A DNA stretch of 41,096 bases from a virus (IMGVR_UViG_2541047851_000007), one strand, 5' to 3'. Shown: positions 19,867-28,960, counted from the stretch's first letter. A program made the numbers and translations. Notes: generated by a model from the sequence alone, not told the origin.

Positions 19867-21488
19867 CAGGCCTGTCTCCCTAGCAGCTCCCAGATGTTCA
19901 GGGCTGAATTCATTGGGGCATAGTTGATCATCACCGAGTCGGCAAGGTTTGGCGATCGGGTTCCATCAGGCTGTTTATCAATAACTATTTTTCCCACACC
20001 ATTAATGGAATAGGTCGGCTGCGAAAGCTCGATGATGAGTTTATCTTTGAGTGCCATGCTACTGCTGATTGAGATGATTTCGTCCGGGTTGTAAGCCATA
20101 CCTTCAACCACGGCGCGCCAGGTATTCTGAAAAAGTTTACGTAACCGCCACCAGCTCTGGGCTTTGGCGTTAGCGAAGAAGTCCTTGTTCAGACGTGCGG
20201 CTTGCCCGTTGTCCCCGCGAACAGCTTCATCATCCGGATCAAATACCGCGCCACTACCTCGAAACGGTGTGGCAAGTATTGACGGTCGACGCGCAGCGTT
20301 ACGCAGTTCGTTGATAGCGCGTGCATCGCCGCGAACGCCAGCGCCCAGCCCGTCCTCGTCAAAGCGAAACTCTTCGAGGTTGTCCTGTTCGCAAAAGCCG
20401 AAAACATTCTCGACGGACTGATAAATGTCGCTGCCCACACCGGACCATTCCCGCACATTTTCCAGGAGGAAGCCATGACGGGTGGAAAAGGCATTTTTGT
20501 CCCTGCCTTCGTCGGCGACATCCATCGCGCCAAGTCGTTTGCCTGTTGGCTGGATACCCAGTTTGATATGCGCATCAACGGCAGCCTGTACCCATTCGGA
20601 TGGAATCAGGACGCCTTCCGCTGATGCGCTGTAGTTCAGATCAAGTTCCTGTGCCACCACCACCGGATTATCGATTTTCTCGCATTCCCTGCGATACCAC
20701 TCTTCATCCTTGCGAGGATCATCCCGCCAGTGGAATGTGAATACCGGTATCTTCCCGCCATGACGCTTCTGAGCGAACGGGTTAGCCATGCCGTTAACTG
20801 AACTCAGGTCGATACGGCAACGCGTCGTTTGTGACAACGCCGCATCAATCAGCAGAGGACGCTGAAGGAATGCAGCCTCATCAACCAGATAAAGCGTGGT
20901 ACGGTCACCACGACCAATATTATCGCCAGCCTCGCCTTTGATAACGGCACCAGTTTCAGGAAACTCAACACGCATATATGGCGCGTGCTTCTTCTCGCTC
21001 CACGAACCGCGAAACTCTACAGGCAGTGTTTCCACGAACTTGCGCGCCTTCCAGAACAATGCTTTCGGGTCACCGGTGCTGTCGACGTATTCCTCTTTAC
21101 GGGAGCCGAAACCGATAACCATTTCTTTGTTGAAGAGACAAAGCGAGCAGGCCAGTCCGATCGCGGTCCAACTGAGCCCCATTTCACGGGATTTTTCGGT
21201 AATACCATTCTCCCGATTGCCCCAGCGTTCCATAATCCAGTAGATCCACTCCTCCTGCTTAGGGAAGAGTAAAAACGGAATGGTCACCGGCAGGCCATAA
21301 TCAATATTACGCGGGTCCGTTGTCATGCCCCAGTCGATGATGAACTGAGCCGGATTGGTTCGGTAAAACTGTTTTAGTGCAGGCAATATTTCAGGATTCT
21401 GGCGAATGCGCTGTAGGCGTTCCATCCGCCATTCAAAAACCATCTGGTAATCAGGATGTTTAAAATCGAAGGGGAATGGTAACGGCAT
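19866..21488 (-). CDS. Terminase large subunit
   Basis: 540 aa; size and position after small subunit. Confidence 0.8.
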   Translation of the reverse strand: MPLPFPFDFKHPDYQMVFEWRMERLQRIRQNPEILPALKQFYRTNPAQFIIDWGMTTDPRNIDYGLPVTIPFLLFPKQEEWIYWIMERWGNRENGITEKSREMGLSWTAIGLACSLCLFNKEMVIGFGSRKEEYVDSTGDPKALFWKARKFVETLPVEFRGSWSEKKHAPYMRVEFPETGAVIKGEAGDNIGRGDRTTLYLVDEAAFLQRPLLIDAALSQTTRCRIDLSSVNGMANPFAQKRHGGKIPVFTFHWRDDPRKDEEWYRRECEKIDNPVVVAQELDLNYSASAEGVLIPSEWVQAAVDAHIKLGIQPTGKRLGAMDVADEGRDKNAFSTRHGFLLENVREWSGVGSDIYQSVENVFGFCEQDNLEEFRFDEDGLGAGVRGDARAINELRNAARRPSILATPFRGSGAVFDPDDEAVRGDNGQAARLNKDFFANAKAQSWWRLRKLFQNTWRAVVEGMAYNPDEIISISSSMALKDKLIIELSQPTYSINGVGKIVIDKQPDGTRSPNLADSVMINYAPMNSALNIWELLGRQA

Positions 21489-21490
21489 AC

Positions 21491-22063
21491 TTAGCCCATC
21501 ATTTTTCTATACGCCTCTGCAGCCTGCTCCGGCGTTAAGTTGGTAATTTCTGTTCTGACTGGTCCTCCATCAGCGCCAGTCACTTCATTTTTGACGTTGT
21601 CTTTAAACGCCTGAACAGAAACATGACGCCCAAGCAACTCAAGGTTTTTAACCTTATCAGGCCACTTAATCTTTTTAAGGATCCCGACCATTTCTCTGTC
21701 ATCTCCTCGCCCCTCAAACATTTCAGCGAGGTTAAATCCACTCAGGTACCGACGCCACGATTCCGGCCACGCAGACAGAGGCTTAATACTTAAATCGTCC
21801 TCCAGGATGTCAGCCACATCGAGCCTGTCGATCTCAACCAGTCGCATCAGCACATAATTCGCATCAATGCCCAGTTGATCAATACGCTCCTGCTTTAGCT
21901 CGTTAATACGGGCGCGTATCTCAGGTTTACCGTATAGTTCAGCCCCCGTAACATGTGCTCGCCTGGAGACGTAGCCTGCGCGAATAGCTGCTTGTGTAGC
22001 ATTCAGATCGACAAGAAACTCGCGACAAAACACCTCGTGTTTTGCTTTCAGCTTCTTAGTCAT
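21491..22063 (-). CDS. Terminase small subunit
   Basis: 190 aa; N-terminal HTH-like region; upstream of TerL. Confidence 0.6.
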   Translation of the reverse strand: MTKKLKAKHEVFCREFLVDLNATQAAIRAGYVSRRAHVTGAELYGKPEIRARINELKQERIDQLGIDANYVLMRLVEIDRLDVADILEDDLSIKPLSAWPESWRRYLSGFNLAEMFEGRGDDREMVGILKKIKWPDKVKNLELLGRHVSVQAFKDNVKNEVTGADGGPVRTEITNLTPEQAAEAYRKMMG

Positions 22064-22124
22064 TTTATTTTCCAGTTATCAGGTCATTATCGAAGCCCCT
22101 CCTGGAAGAGCTTCTGTAATGCTA

Positions 22125-22649
22125 TTACCGGGACTGTTCTATTTGTCGGACACCAGCCAACTGGTTATTCGCCTTCTCGATGGCCGCCAACAGTGGGTTA
22201 ATCCACAGAACAGCCTGGCAATATGTCAACGTTCTGGTGGTAGTGGCACGATCACCGGCTGAGTCAATGTCCCCGGAATCGGCGTGCAATGCGCTGGCGC
22301 GTAAACGGTTCGCGTAGTTGAGCAACCCGACAGCAATATCAACAGGAACAGGGAAATCACAGTTCTTTTCACGGAGCAGAACCTCACGGTATTTGATGAC
22401 TGTCTTCTCGTGACCGATGTCGACCAGAGAATTTAATCGGCTTGCGTTTTCTGCTATCTGGTTAAAACGATTGAAGTTTAATGCCTGATTAGCTATCACT
22501 TTCCCTTGATATTCAGCTTCACCTTCCGCTTTATCAGCCCGCAACTTTTCTGCCTGATACTTGCTGTGGTAATGGTTTGCAGACCAGACGAGCGCCCCAA
22601 AGGCAGAGAAGAAAAATGCCGCGATGACAATCTTATAAGTCAGCTTCAT
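22125..22649 (-). CDS. Rz-like i-spanin
   Basis: 174 aa; N-terminal TM helix then VWSANHYHSKY, resembling lambda Rz SWAVNHY; overlaps endolysin 3' end. Confidence 0.6.
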   Translation of the reverse strand: MKLTYKIVIAAFFFSAFGALVWSANHYHSKYQAEKLRADKAEGEAEYQGKVIANQALNFNRFNQIAENASRLNSLVDIGHEKTVIKYREVLLREKNCDFPVPVDIAVGLLNYANRLRASALHADSGDIDSAGDRATTTRTLTYCQAVLWINPLLAAIEKANNQLAGVRQIEQSR

Positions 22650-23109
22650 TTACCACCCCACCAGCATCTTTAAACCTGGAAATCAGGTCACCGATTTTAT
22701 GTTCATACTGACCGTAACCTGCACCAGGTAACGACGCCCAGATATTGCTGCAACGGTCGATTGCCTGACGAATATCGCCACGGTCAATCATCGGTAAAGC
22801 GCCACGCTCTTTAATCTGCTGCAGCGCCACAGCGTCCTGACTTTCTGGCGAAAAATCTTTCAGGCCAAGCTGCTTACAGTAGGCATCCCACCAGCGTGAA
22901 AGAAGCTGATACCGTCCTGCGGCTGTTGATTTAAGCTTCGGGTTTAGCGTGACAAGTTTGCGAGGGTGATCGGAGTAATCAGTGAACAACTCACCTCCGA
23001 CAATAACGTCATAACCGTGATTACGTGTCGGTTGTCGCCCGTTATCCGTTCCTTCTGACCATGCCACCATATCCAGGAAAGCTTTACGTTGGGAATTTAG
23101 TGTCTGCAT
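22633..23109 (-). CDS. Endolysin, lambda R-type lytic transglycosylase
   Basis: 158 aa; near-identical over long stretches to lambda R as recalled (NQRKAFLDM.AWSEGTDNGRQ.TRNHGYDVIVGGELFTDYSDHPRKLVTLNPKLKST). Confidence 0.9.
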   Translation of the reverse strand: MQTLNSQRKAFLDMVAWSEGTDNGRQPTRNHGYDVIVGGELFTDYSDHPRKLVTLNPKLKSTAAGRYQLLSRWWDAYCKQLGLKDFSPESQDAVALQQIKERGALPMIDRGDIRQAIDRCSNIWASLPGAGYGQYEHKIGDLISRFKDAGGVVNEADL

Positions 23110-23112
23110 GAA

Positions 23113-23454
23113 TTACTCCTTAGAGCCACCAAACTTGTTACCGATTACTCGCATTGCAGCCCCACGAATAGCATCGACACCGATCAGCCCAACACCACCA
23201 CCAATGGCAACAGAAAGCGATTTAGGCCATCCAACATACTCAAGAGCGGATGCAAAGGTCAGCGTCAGAGCACCACAGAGCAAAATCTCAAGCGTTTTTC
23301 GTTTCCAGCCGCCGCCACCGCCAAAATAGGCAATGCGCAAACCAGCCATAACAATTGACATAACCACTGCGCCCAACGGCGTATCTCCACGCCACCAACT
23401 TTGTAAGAGTTCCAGTAAGTCAGGCCAGGAATGAGGAGCATTGTGCATTTTCAT
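23113..23454 (-). CDS. Holin, lambda S-like (dual-start MKM)
   Basis: Start MKMHNAPHSWPDLL parallels lambda S MKMPEKHDLL; GGAGG Shine-Dalgarno lies inside the annotated N-terminal extension. Confidence 0.7.
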   Translation of the reverse strand: MKMHNAPHSWPDLLELLQSWWRGDTPLGAVVMSIVMAGLRIAYFGGGGGWKRKTLEILLCGALTLTFASALEYVGWPKSLSVAIGGGVGLIGVDAIRGAAMRVIGNKFGGSKE

Positions 23455-23555
23455 ACTTCCCACCTCCGCCATTACGGGGTGTTGTTGAAAGGCGGGCCCT
23501 GCGTATACGCCCGTAGGATTGGGTTATGAGCCGTCCTTCGGTGGGCCCTGAATAC

Positions 23556-23578
23556 AAAAAAAGTTCGCCATAGCGAAC
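23556..23578 (-). terminator. Intrinsic terminator in late leader, upstream of holin
   Basis: Minus strand GUUCGC-UAUG-GCGAAC followed by UUUUUUU. Confidence 0.7.
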
Positions 23579-23808
23579 CTTGTTAAATTTGTTAAAAAAG
23601 GAAGTTATTTAACATAATGTACGTTATAGGAACCACACGATCCCCGCTCGCAATAGATTTGCGATGAAAGGCCTATTTAATCAACTTAAGTGGTCCAGAA
23701 TGACGAAATTCGAGTGAATAAAAGGTGCATAAAAAAGGGCAAAAACTGCATAGCGTTTTTTCGCAGCGAAAGCCCTGTTTTATTAACTTTTCCCCAGAAT
23801 GAGGCAAT

Positions 23809-23832
23809 AAAAAAGGCCCCCTTGCGGAAGCC
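23809..23832 (-). terminator. tR'-like intrinsic terminator downstream of Q
   Basis: Minus strand GGCUUCC-GCAA-GGGGGCC (GNRA loop, two G-U pairs) followed by UUUUUUAUU. Confidence 0.6.
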
Positions 23833-23986
23833 TCTTCGTGATGAACTGTTTTCAACAGATATCAGGCTAATCGGCTTTTTGGAATTCCACAACTATTTTT
23901 TATCTTACCTTGATACCTGAAGCCGTCAGGTGTTTACGGCAATCCTGAATACCATCTGATTCCCTTACGTGATTGATTACTGGATA
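23833..23986 (-). promoter_or_regulatory. Candidate late promoter (pR'-like) and Q-utilisation region
   Basis: Between Q stop and first terminator; promoter-like CTGACG-16-TAAGAT or TTGTGG-17-TAGCCT on minus strand; exact site not resolved. Confidence 0.3.
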
Positions 23987-24409
23987 TTATGCCGCCGGGC
24001 AGCTCCTTCGCAAAGTCCTGATAGCCTTAGGCTTTGACTGAACTGCTTGATCCATTTCCAGAACCACGTCCAGCATAGCCAGGCAGCCGTCGATAAATCC
24101 CTCTGCAGCCTGGAGCCTCTTCAGAACTTGAGTGTGTGATACGCCGAGCTTCACACCCATAGCCCTCACAGGCATCGCCTGGATGTAATGCCACTCAAGG
24201 AGCGTACACAGGTACGGATCTTTTTTCTTCAGGCAGTTCATAGCAGAGCTGATGATCAGACCGTCATTGTCACTGCACTTCAGCCGCCCGGCTTGCGTTG
24301 CAGGTAGCAGATTCTTAAATCCAGCGGAAACAGGTGGATAGTAGACACTGCAACCTTCGCTCGCAGCCCAGCCCCCCCATCGCTCTAAAACCAGTCGAAT
24401 ATCACGCAT
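23987..24409 (-). CDS. Late antiterminator Q (phage 82 / DLP12 QuuD family)
   Basis: 140 aa; N-terminus MRDIRLVLERWGGWAA and C-terminus KRLQAAEGFIDGCLAMLDVVLEMD resemble QuuD as recalled. Confidence 0.8.
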   Translation of the reverse strand: MRDIRLVLERWGGWAASEGCSVYYPPVSAGFKNLLPATQAGRLKCSDNDGLIISSAMNCLKKKDPYLCTLLEWHYIQAMPVRAMGVKLGVSHTQVLKRLQAAEGFIDGCLAMLDVVLEMDQAVQSKPKAIRTLRRSCPAA

Positions 24410-24539
24410 AGCTCTGACCTCTACGTTTTGCTACGAAACAACTTTCCGGGAACCTCGTCTGTTTATCCGTGGGCGTGAATAACGCAGTTCCGATTCGTGT
24501 ATTACGCAGCCCAATATGCAAAAAATTACCAGTTCGCGG

Positions 24540-24718
24540 TGTTACCACCTGTTACCACTGTTACCACCATGTTCTTAACCTTTCCCTGAACGACTTATAT
24601 ATATATATGGGGTTGTTAGTAATAAGGTGGTAACAGTGGTAACAGTGGTAACAAACCTTAAATTTCAATACGTTAAAAAGTTACCACCTTACCTTTGCAG
24701 GTGGTAACAGGTGGTTAC
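24540..24718. repeat. Iteron-type replication origin (inverted iteron sets flanking AT-rich tract)
   Basis: Three direct TGTTACCAC(C) repeats (24540-24570), tatatatatatat (24596-24608), three inverted GGTGGTAACA-type repeats (24627-24654), more copies at 24680-24688 and 24700-24718. Confidence 0.65.
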
Positions 24719-26883
24719 GCCCGCCGCCAAACCTTCATTAACTTGCCTTCAACACGTCGTGTTTCACGCTTATATCCGCAATTTTGCAAAACATTGCTAA
24801 TTCGCATTTCTTCGCGTTTTCCGATGCGGTCAGGTTTTAACCCAATCGCATCTCGCAGGACGTCACTAGCACGTAAAAATTCGCAATTTCGCGGAAGTTC
24901 ATTAGTCATCAGGTCGGGCGTGTCGAGCCATTTCTCTACCGTTTCAAGCCAGGCATCCTTGATGGTGTACTGCTCATGGACACTCGCTGCCAGTTGTTCA
25001 GCCTCACGGAACTGGATACCCCCCAGACGCTGAAACACCTCACGAGCCTCAGCCCAAAGTAAAAGGAGATCTCTTTTTATCGCTTTCACGTCGACTTTCG
25101 ACACTTCCACGGGGAGCCAGCGACGGTTACCAGTCTTGTCCGCAAGGAATTCGTCCTCATTGGTGGTACCAACGAACACCAGGCGACGAGGAAACTGGGT
25201 GGCGAACTCCCGGTATTTCGGGATCCAGTTTTCGTGAGTACGCGTCACAAACGCTTTGATTGACTCCAGCTCTTTGGTATTAAGTCCGCGCAGTTCACCA
25301 ATCTCTGCCACCAGCCGACCACGCATTTTTCGAGCGAGATCATCGTCTTTTTCGGCAAAAGAGATTTCAGTAAAAAACGCAGGATCAGGGCTCAGTGCCT
25401 CCACTCCGGAAGACTTACCGCAGCCCTGCGGACCAACGAGGATCGGCACCATATCCGCTTTGATGCCTGGCTCCAGTACTCGCCCCGCCAACGCGGTCCA
25501 CATGTACATAGACACCGCACGGGTATAAGGCGTGTCGGCGGTACCGAAGTGCGTATGGTAGAAACATTCGATGCGCGGCACGCCATCCCACTCCAGTCCG
25601 TTCAGCCAGGTGATCGCTGAATCGAATGGTTGTTCATCGGCTGCAAGTAACACCACATCGCGAATAAGTTCACGGCCAACAGGTTTAAATCCCCGCTTTT
25701 CCATCGTGATGCGCAGGCGCGCATAATCCGCATCGGTGAATGCCCGCCATTGTCCGGATCCTGCCGGGGCAAACATGATTTCGTCGCGGAACTGGTCAAA
25801 GCGAATATCGATGTCCACAAAATCAGGGCGTACTACTGCTTTGGCTGCGTTGCTGATTGTTGCCTCGATACGCCCCCATTTATCACGCTCGAAAGCAGGC
25901 AGCGGTAAAGGTTCCGCCACTTCGGTGCTGGTCAGATCTTCGAAATCGTCGTTGCGGATCCCGATGGCATTCAGGAAATCTCCGTCATCACGATGCGCGC
26001 AACTGGCATGCAGGCATTTAAAATGCCCCTGCTCAAAGCCTGCGGTTCCCGCAGGAAAATAAACTGTGCTTGTTGGATCGCCTCCGCTACTGTGGCCGTC
26101 TTCAAACGGACAGCGGATATATCGTTCACCGTTTGCGCCATCCAGCAGCGTCCAGCCATTGGCATCAAGATATTCAGCTGTATCATCCGTCGCGCCGGGC
26201 GTGAATGCTGAACGGTCGCGCATCTTCGTGTTGCCCGCTTCGGTGGTTACCGACACAGGGAGTTGTTCAGCCAGGCGCTGCCACAGCGTTTCAAGCTGCT
26301 CACCAGTAATAGCCGGAGGTTCATCCGGCAAACCGCCGTCCCATTCAATACGCGCGCCGCTGCTGTGCGTACCGCAGGCAACGAACTGCTGCCCGTTCGC
26401 CAGCAACTCGATAATGCCCATATCCCCCGCCAGGCGATGGATACGCTTACGGAAATCACCATCAACGGCCAGCAGATACAGACACTTATTACTGTTTGCT
26501 CGCCAGCGTCGCGGCGGCGACTCACCCAGAAGTTGCACAAGTGTTTTGCGAATATCTGCCTGAATGTCTTCATCTTCGCTATCGCAGTCCAGCGCCAGCC
26601 AGCCATGGCCTGTACGCACGCAGATCCCATAGTCCGGTTCGTTCGACCAGCGGGCAAAATCATGCTCAGTTACGACGTGCCCAGTCCAGTCGTTAATTCC
26701 GGTAGCCAGACGGTTGCGGTTATACAGGCTCGGCGTTTTGCCAAGCACTTTGAGTTTGCTGTTCGGTGAAATAATCGCGCCCGGATTGCACACGACCGGT
26801 AGCAGCTGGTCCGTACGACCCAGCACCAGGTCGAAGTGGAACCATTCGTCAGGCGTCGCCCCCCACGGTTTGCTATCAGACAT
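24715..26883 (-). CDS. Replication primase-helicase (P4 alpha-like)
   Basis: 722 aa; Cys/His zinc-binding motif, Walker A GPQGCGKSS, downstream FVGTTNEDEF...TGNRRWLPV; adjacent to iterons. Confidence 0.8.
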   Translation of the reverse strand: MSDSKPWGATPDEWFHFDLVLGRTDQLLPVVCNPGAIISPNSKLKVLGKTPSLYNRNRLATGINDWTGHVVTEHDFARWSNEPDYGICVRTGHGWLALDCDSEDEDIQADIRKTLVQLLGESPPRRWRANSNKCLYLLAVDGDFRKRIHRLAGDMGIIELLANGQQFVACGTHSSGARIEWDGGLPDEPPAITGEQLETLWQRLAEQLPVSVTTEAGNTKMRDRSAFTPGATDDTAEYLDANGWTLLDGANGERYIRCPFEDGHSSGGDPTSTVYFPAGTAGFEQGHFKCLHASCAHRDDGDFLNAIGIRNDDFEDLTSTEVAEPLPLPAFERDKWGRIEATISNAAKAVVRPDFVDIDIRFDQFRDEIMFAPAGSGQWRAFTDADYARLRITMEKRGFKPVGRELIRDVVLLAADEQPFDSAITWLNGLEWDGVPRIECFYHTHFGTADTPYTRAVSMYMWTALAGRVLEPGIKADMVPILVGPQGCGKSSGVEALSPDPAFFTEISFAEKDDDLARKMRGRLVAEIGELRGLNTKELESIKAFVTRTHENWIPKYREFATQFPRRLVFVGTTNEDEFLADKTGNRRWLPVEVSKVDVKAIKRDLLLLWAEAREVFQRLGGIQFREAEQLAASVHEQYTIKDAWLETVEKWLDTPDLMTNELPRNCEFLRASDVLRDAIGLKPDRIGKREEMRISNVLQNCGYKRETRRVEGKLMKVWRRA

Positions 26884-26886
26884 GGG

Positions 26887-27126
26887 TTACACCTTTTGCT
26901 GCTCTGAATTTTCGCCGTTTAATAGCCAGTCAGGATCACATTTAAGAACTTTTGCCAATTCAAGAATGAAGCCAGTACGAGTGGCACGACCGGATTCAAG
27001 GTACTGAACAGACTGCTGGCGCATACCAACCCTTTCAGCCAATGAAGTTTGGGTTATGCCTAAGGCTTTGCGGCGCTCCTTTATACGTGAAGCAAGAGTG
27101 GAACCGGACATAAATAACTTCCTCAC
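26887..27126 (-). CDS. Cro-like HTH regulator
   Basis: 79 aa; XRE-type HTH (LGITQTSLAERVGMRQQSVQYLESG); divergent from CI gene; true start may be internal Met 6. Confidence 0.65.
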   Translation of the reverse strand: MRKLFMSGSTLASRIKERRKALGITQTSLAERVGMRQQSVQYLESGRATRTGFILELAKVLKCDPDWLLNGENSEQQKV

Positions 27127-27131
27127 ATGTT

Positions 27132-27193
27132 TACAGGTTTACTTGTAATTAACCCACAGGCACTCTTGTTTGTCAAATACAGATAGCTCTGTA
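27132..27193. promoter_or_regulatory. Tripartite operator region between cro and cI
   Basis: Three 16-bp sites spaced 23 bp: TACAGGTTTACTTGTA (27132-27147), CACAGGCACTCTTGTT (27155-27170), TACAGATAGCTCTGTA (27178-27193); overlaps TTGACA -35 for cro on minus strand. Confidence 0.6.
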
Positions 27194-27220
27194 ATTATCA
27201 ATGACAGAAAAGGAGTCGAT

Positions 27221-27850
27221 ATGAATCTTGCTATCCGGGCCAAAAAGCGCAGAACAGAACTCAATTTAACTCAGGTCGAAGTTGCTAAACGAGCGGGCAT
27301 AAGCCAGCAGTCAATAGAAGCTATAGAGAACGGCAAAACGCTAAAACCACGTAACCTTCTTGCTTTAGCATCGGCTCTGGAGTGTGATCCTAAGTGGTTA
27401 CTACTCGGGGGTGATGTTGTCACGAATTTCAACTACGGAGCCCGAAGGGTGCCTGTTCTAAGCTATGTACAAGCCGGAGCTTTCACAAGCACTGAACAAC
27501 TTCATGAAGGCGGTGATTTCGAATACATCCTGACAACAACGGAATTATCAGAGCGTTCGTTTGCTCTCCGTATACGCGGAGATTCGATGGAGCCAGAATT
27601 TAAAGAGGGTGACATCGTTATAATTGACACTGACGTATACCCTACCCCTGGCGAATTTGTTGCGGCATGCAATGGTAGCCATGAAGCAACGTTCAAAAAG
27701 TACCGCCCGGTAGGGATTGGCGCTAAAGGTGAGGAAGATTTTGAACTTGTTCCCTTAAACAGCGATTACCCTATTTGCCGCTCCTGGGAAAAACCTATCA
27801 AGATTATTGGAACAATGGTGGAGCATCGCATATTCCGCCGAAAAAGATAA
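27221..27850 (+). CDS. CI-like repressor with LexA-like S24 peptidase domain
   Basis: N-terminal HTH (LTQVEVAKRAGISQQSIEAIENG), Ala-Gly site in YVQAGAF, catalytic GDSMEP; start moved to ATG 27221 after AAGGAG RBS. Confidence 0.85.
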   Translation: MNLAIRAKKRRTELNLTQVEVAKRAGISQQSIEAIENGKTLKPRNLLALASALECDPKWLLLGGDVVTNFNYGARRVPVLSYVQAGAFTSTEQLHEGGDFEYILTTTELSERSFALRIRGDSMEPEFKEGDIVIIDTDVYPTPGEFVAACNGSHEATFKKYRPVGIGAKGEEDFELVPLNSDYPICRSWEKPIKIIGTMVEHRIFRRKR

Positions 27851-27871
27851 TCGCATCTTCGCTTCAAACAA

Positions 27872-27895
27872 AGAGGGCTATGGCCCTCTTTTTTA
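27872..27895 (+). terminator. Intrinsic terminator after cI
   Basis: AGAGGGC-TATG-GCCCTCT followed by TTTTTT. Confidence 0.8.
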
Positions 27896-27936
27896 TTCCC
27901 TTAAAAACAAGTAATTAGGTTTTTAATGCAAATTTA

Positions 27937-27980
27937 TACAAGAATACCTGTTGACTTAATTACAGGTTTACTTGTACTTT
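27937..27980 (+). promoter_or_regulatory. Second operator pair with rightward promoter-like element
   Basis: TACAAGAATACCTGTT (27937-27952) and TACAGGTTTACTTGTA (27961-27976, identical to 27132-27147); TTGACT (27951-27956) - 18 bp - TACTTT. Confidence 0.5.
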
Positions 27981-27989
27981 TAATCCAAC

Positions 27990-28180
27990 GAAGTAATCGC
28001 TCTTTAACAAACAGAACCGCGTGACAGGTAAGCCGCAGTGCTCCTGGCAAAACGAAATAGCACCCGATGGGATCGAGGTAAGCGCCGAGTCCGTATGCGT
28101 ACGGTAAGCGTAGAGGACAACACCGCGATGAACTGATAAGTCACGCAAGTTGAAACGCCCCGATGATGGGGCGCTTAGTT
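27990..28180 (+). ncRNA. Candidate structured non-coding RNA / leader element
   Basis: No credible ORF; closing stem GCGTGAC (28019-28025) with GTCACGC (28140-28146); internal hairpin CCGTA-TGCG-TACGG (28090-28103); terminal hairpin CGCCCC-GATGAT-GGGGCG (28156-28173) then U-rich tail. Confidence 0.25.
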
Positions 28181-28224
28181 CCTTTAACTCTGGGTGACCG
28201 GAAGGGTACCCATGCTTAAAGAAA

Positions 28225-28794
28225 TTACTGGTTGTAAGGATCGTAATCCGTGATTGCCTTCCCCGGATTTTCATCTTCAGAAGGCAGTCGGGCCTCTAAA
28301 GCATTTCGGTTGAACAGATAGGAAGCCCTACAGTACGAACAAACCATATTAACGGCTCGCCCAAGGCCTGGCTTAGTAACCAGTCCTTCCGCTTGCAATA
28401 TAGATTTTCTCTTTTGCTCGTAGCAATTGGGACAAATATAAACCGGAGATTGGTCAGCATCTGCAGAAAGCTTGCTGCGATAGACCAGAGTCCCCCGCAT
28501 AGGCTGGTAAAGTTCATAGCTCGCCGCTTCAGCGGCCCAGTTCTCTTGCTTTACTTTCTCATTTTCCAGTTCAACAATTTTCTCCTTAGCCGCAATCAGC
28601 AGCTCCTGAAGCGACATTTGCTGCATCTGAACATCCATTAGCTTATCGAGTAAGATGTGCGTCTTCTCTTTAACTGCATAGTCTACAGTCAGATTCTGAA
28701 TCTCTCTTGCTGCTCCAACCGCGCTTTTAATTGCTCCTCCCACGCCGGATAACGATTCAGTTATCCGGGAAAGAATTCCTTTTTCTTCAGACAT
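28225..28794 (-). CDS. Coiled-coil / zinc-ribbon protein, unknown function (immunity-region moron)
   Basis: 189 aa; helical N-terminus; CPNC...x25...CSYC at C-terminus; convergent with cI, divergent from early operon; AT-rich. Confidence 0.55.
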   Translation of the reverse strand: MSEEKGILSRITESLSGVGGAIKSAVGAAREIQNLTVDYAVKEKTHILLDKLMDVQMQQMSLQELLIAAKEKIVELENEKVKQENWAAEAASYELYQPMRGTLVYRSKLSADADQSPVYICPNCYEQKRKSILQAEGLVTKPGLGRAVNMVCSYCRASYLFNRNALEARLPSEDENPGKAITDYDPYNQ

Positions 28795-28810
28795 ATCTAA
28801 TCTCTCTCAA

Positions 28811-28886
28811 ACTGTAGGGGTGAAGAGATATTAGACGATTTCTCACTGTAGGGGTACAAGGAGAACCACCTCGCCTGATGTGGTTA
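28811..28886. repeat. Direct repeats and inverted repeat upstream of zinc-ribbon gene
   Basis: ACTGTAGGGGT at 28811-28821 and 28845-28855, each preceded by TCTC; inverted repeat AACCAC-N10-GTGGTT at 28865-28886. Confidence 0.5.
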
Positions 28887-28933
28887 AAAGCAGGCACTCG
28901 ATGATATCCATGTAATTGCTGTGTGTAGTCTTT

Positions 28934-28960
28934 GCCCGCCGCAAGTGACGGGCTTTTTTA
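28934..28960 (+). terminator. Possible leader terminator/attenuator before early operon
   Basis: GCCCG-(10 nt)-CGGGC followed by TTTTTT; short stem, long loop. Confidence 0.35.

Noticed and set aside
23673-23892. Two short minus-strand ORFs (60 and 68 aa) in the Q-holin leader
   Set aside because: They span an intrinsic terminator, lack RBS and are low-complexity; region interpreted as late leader
24540-24718. Short repeats considered as a possible CRISPR array
   Set aside because: Units are only 9-10 bp, in both orientations, with no spacers, and sit beside a primase-helicase gene; iterons fit better
27960-28274. 104-aa minus-strand ORF downstream of cI
   Set aside because: No RBS, implausible composition, starts inside the operator pair, overlaps the 3' end of the zinc-ribbon gene and spans the hairpin-rich region; treated as non-coding
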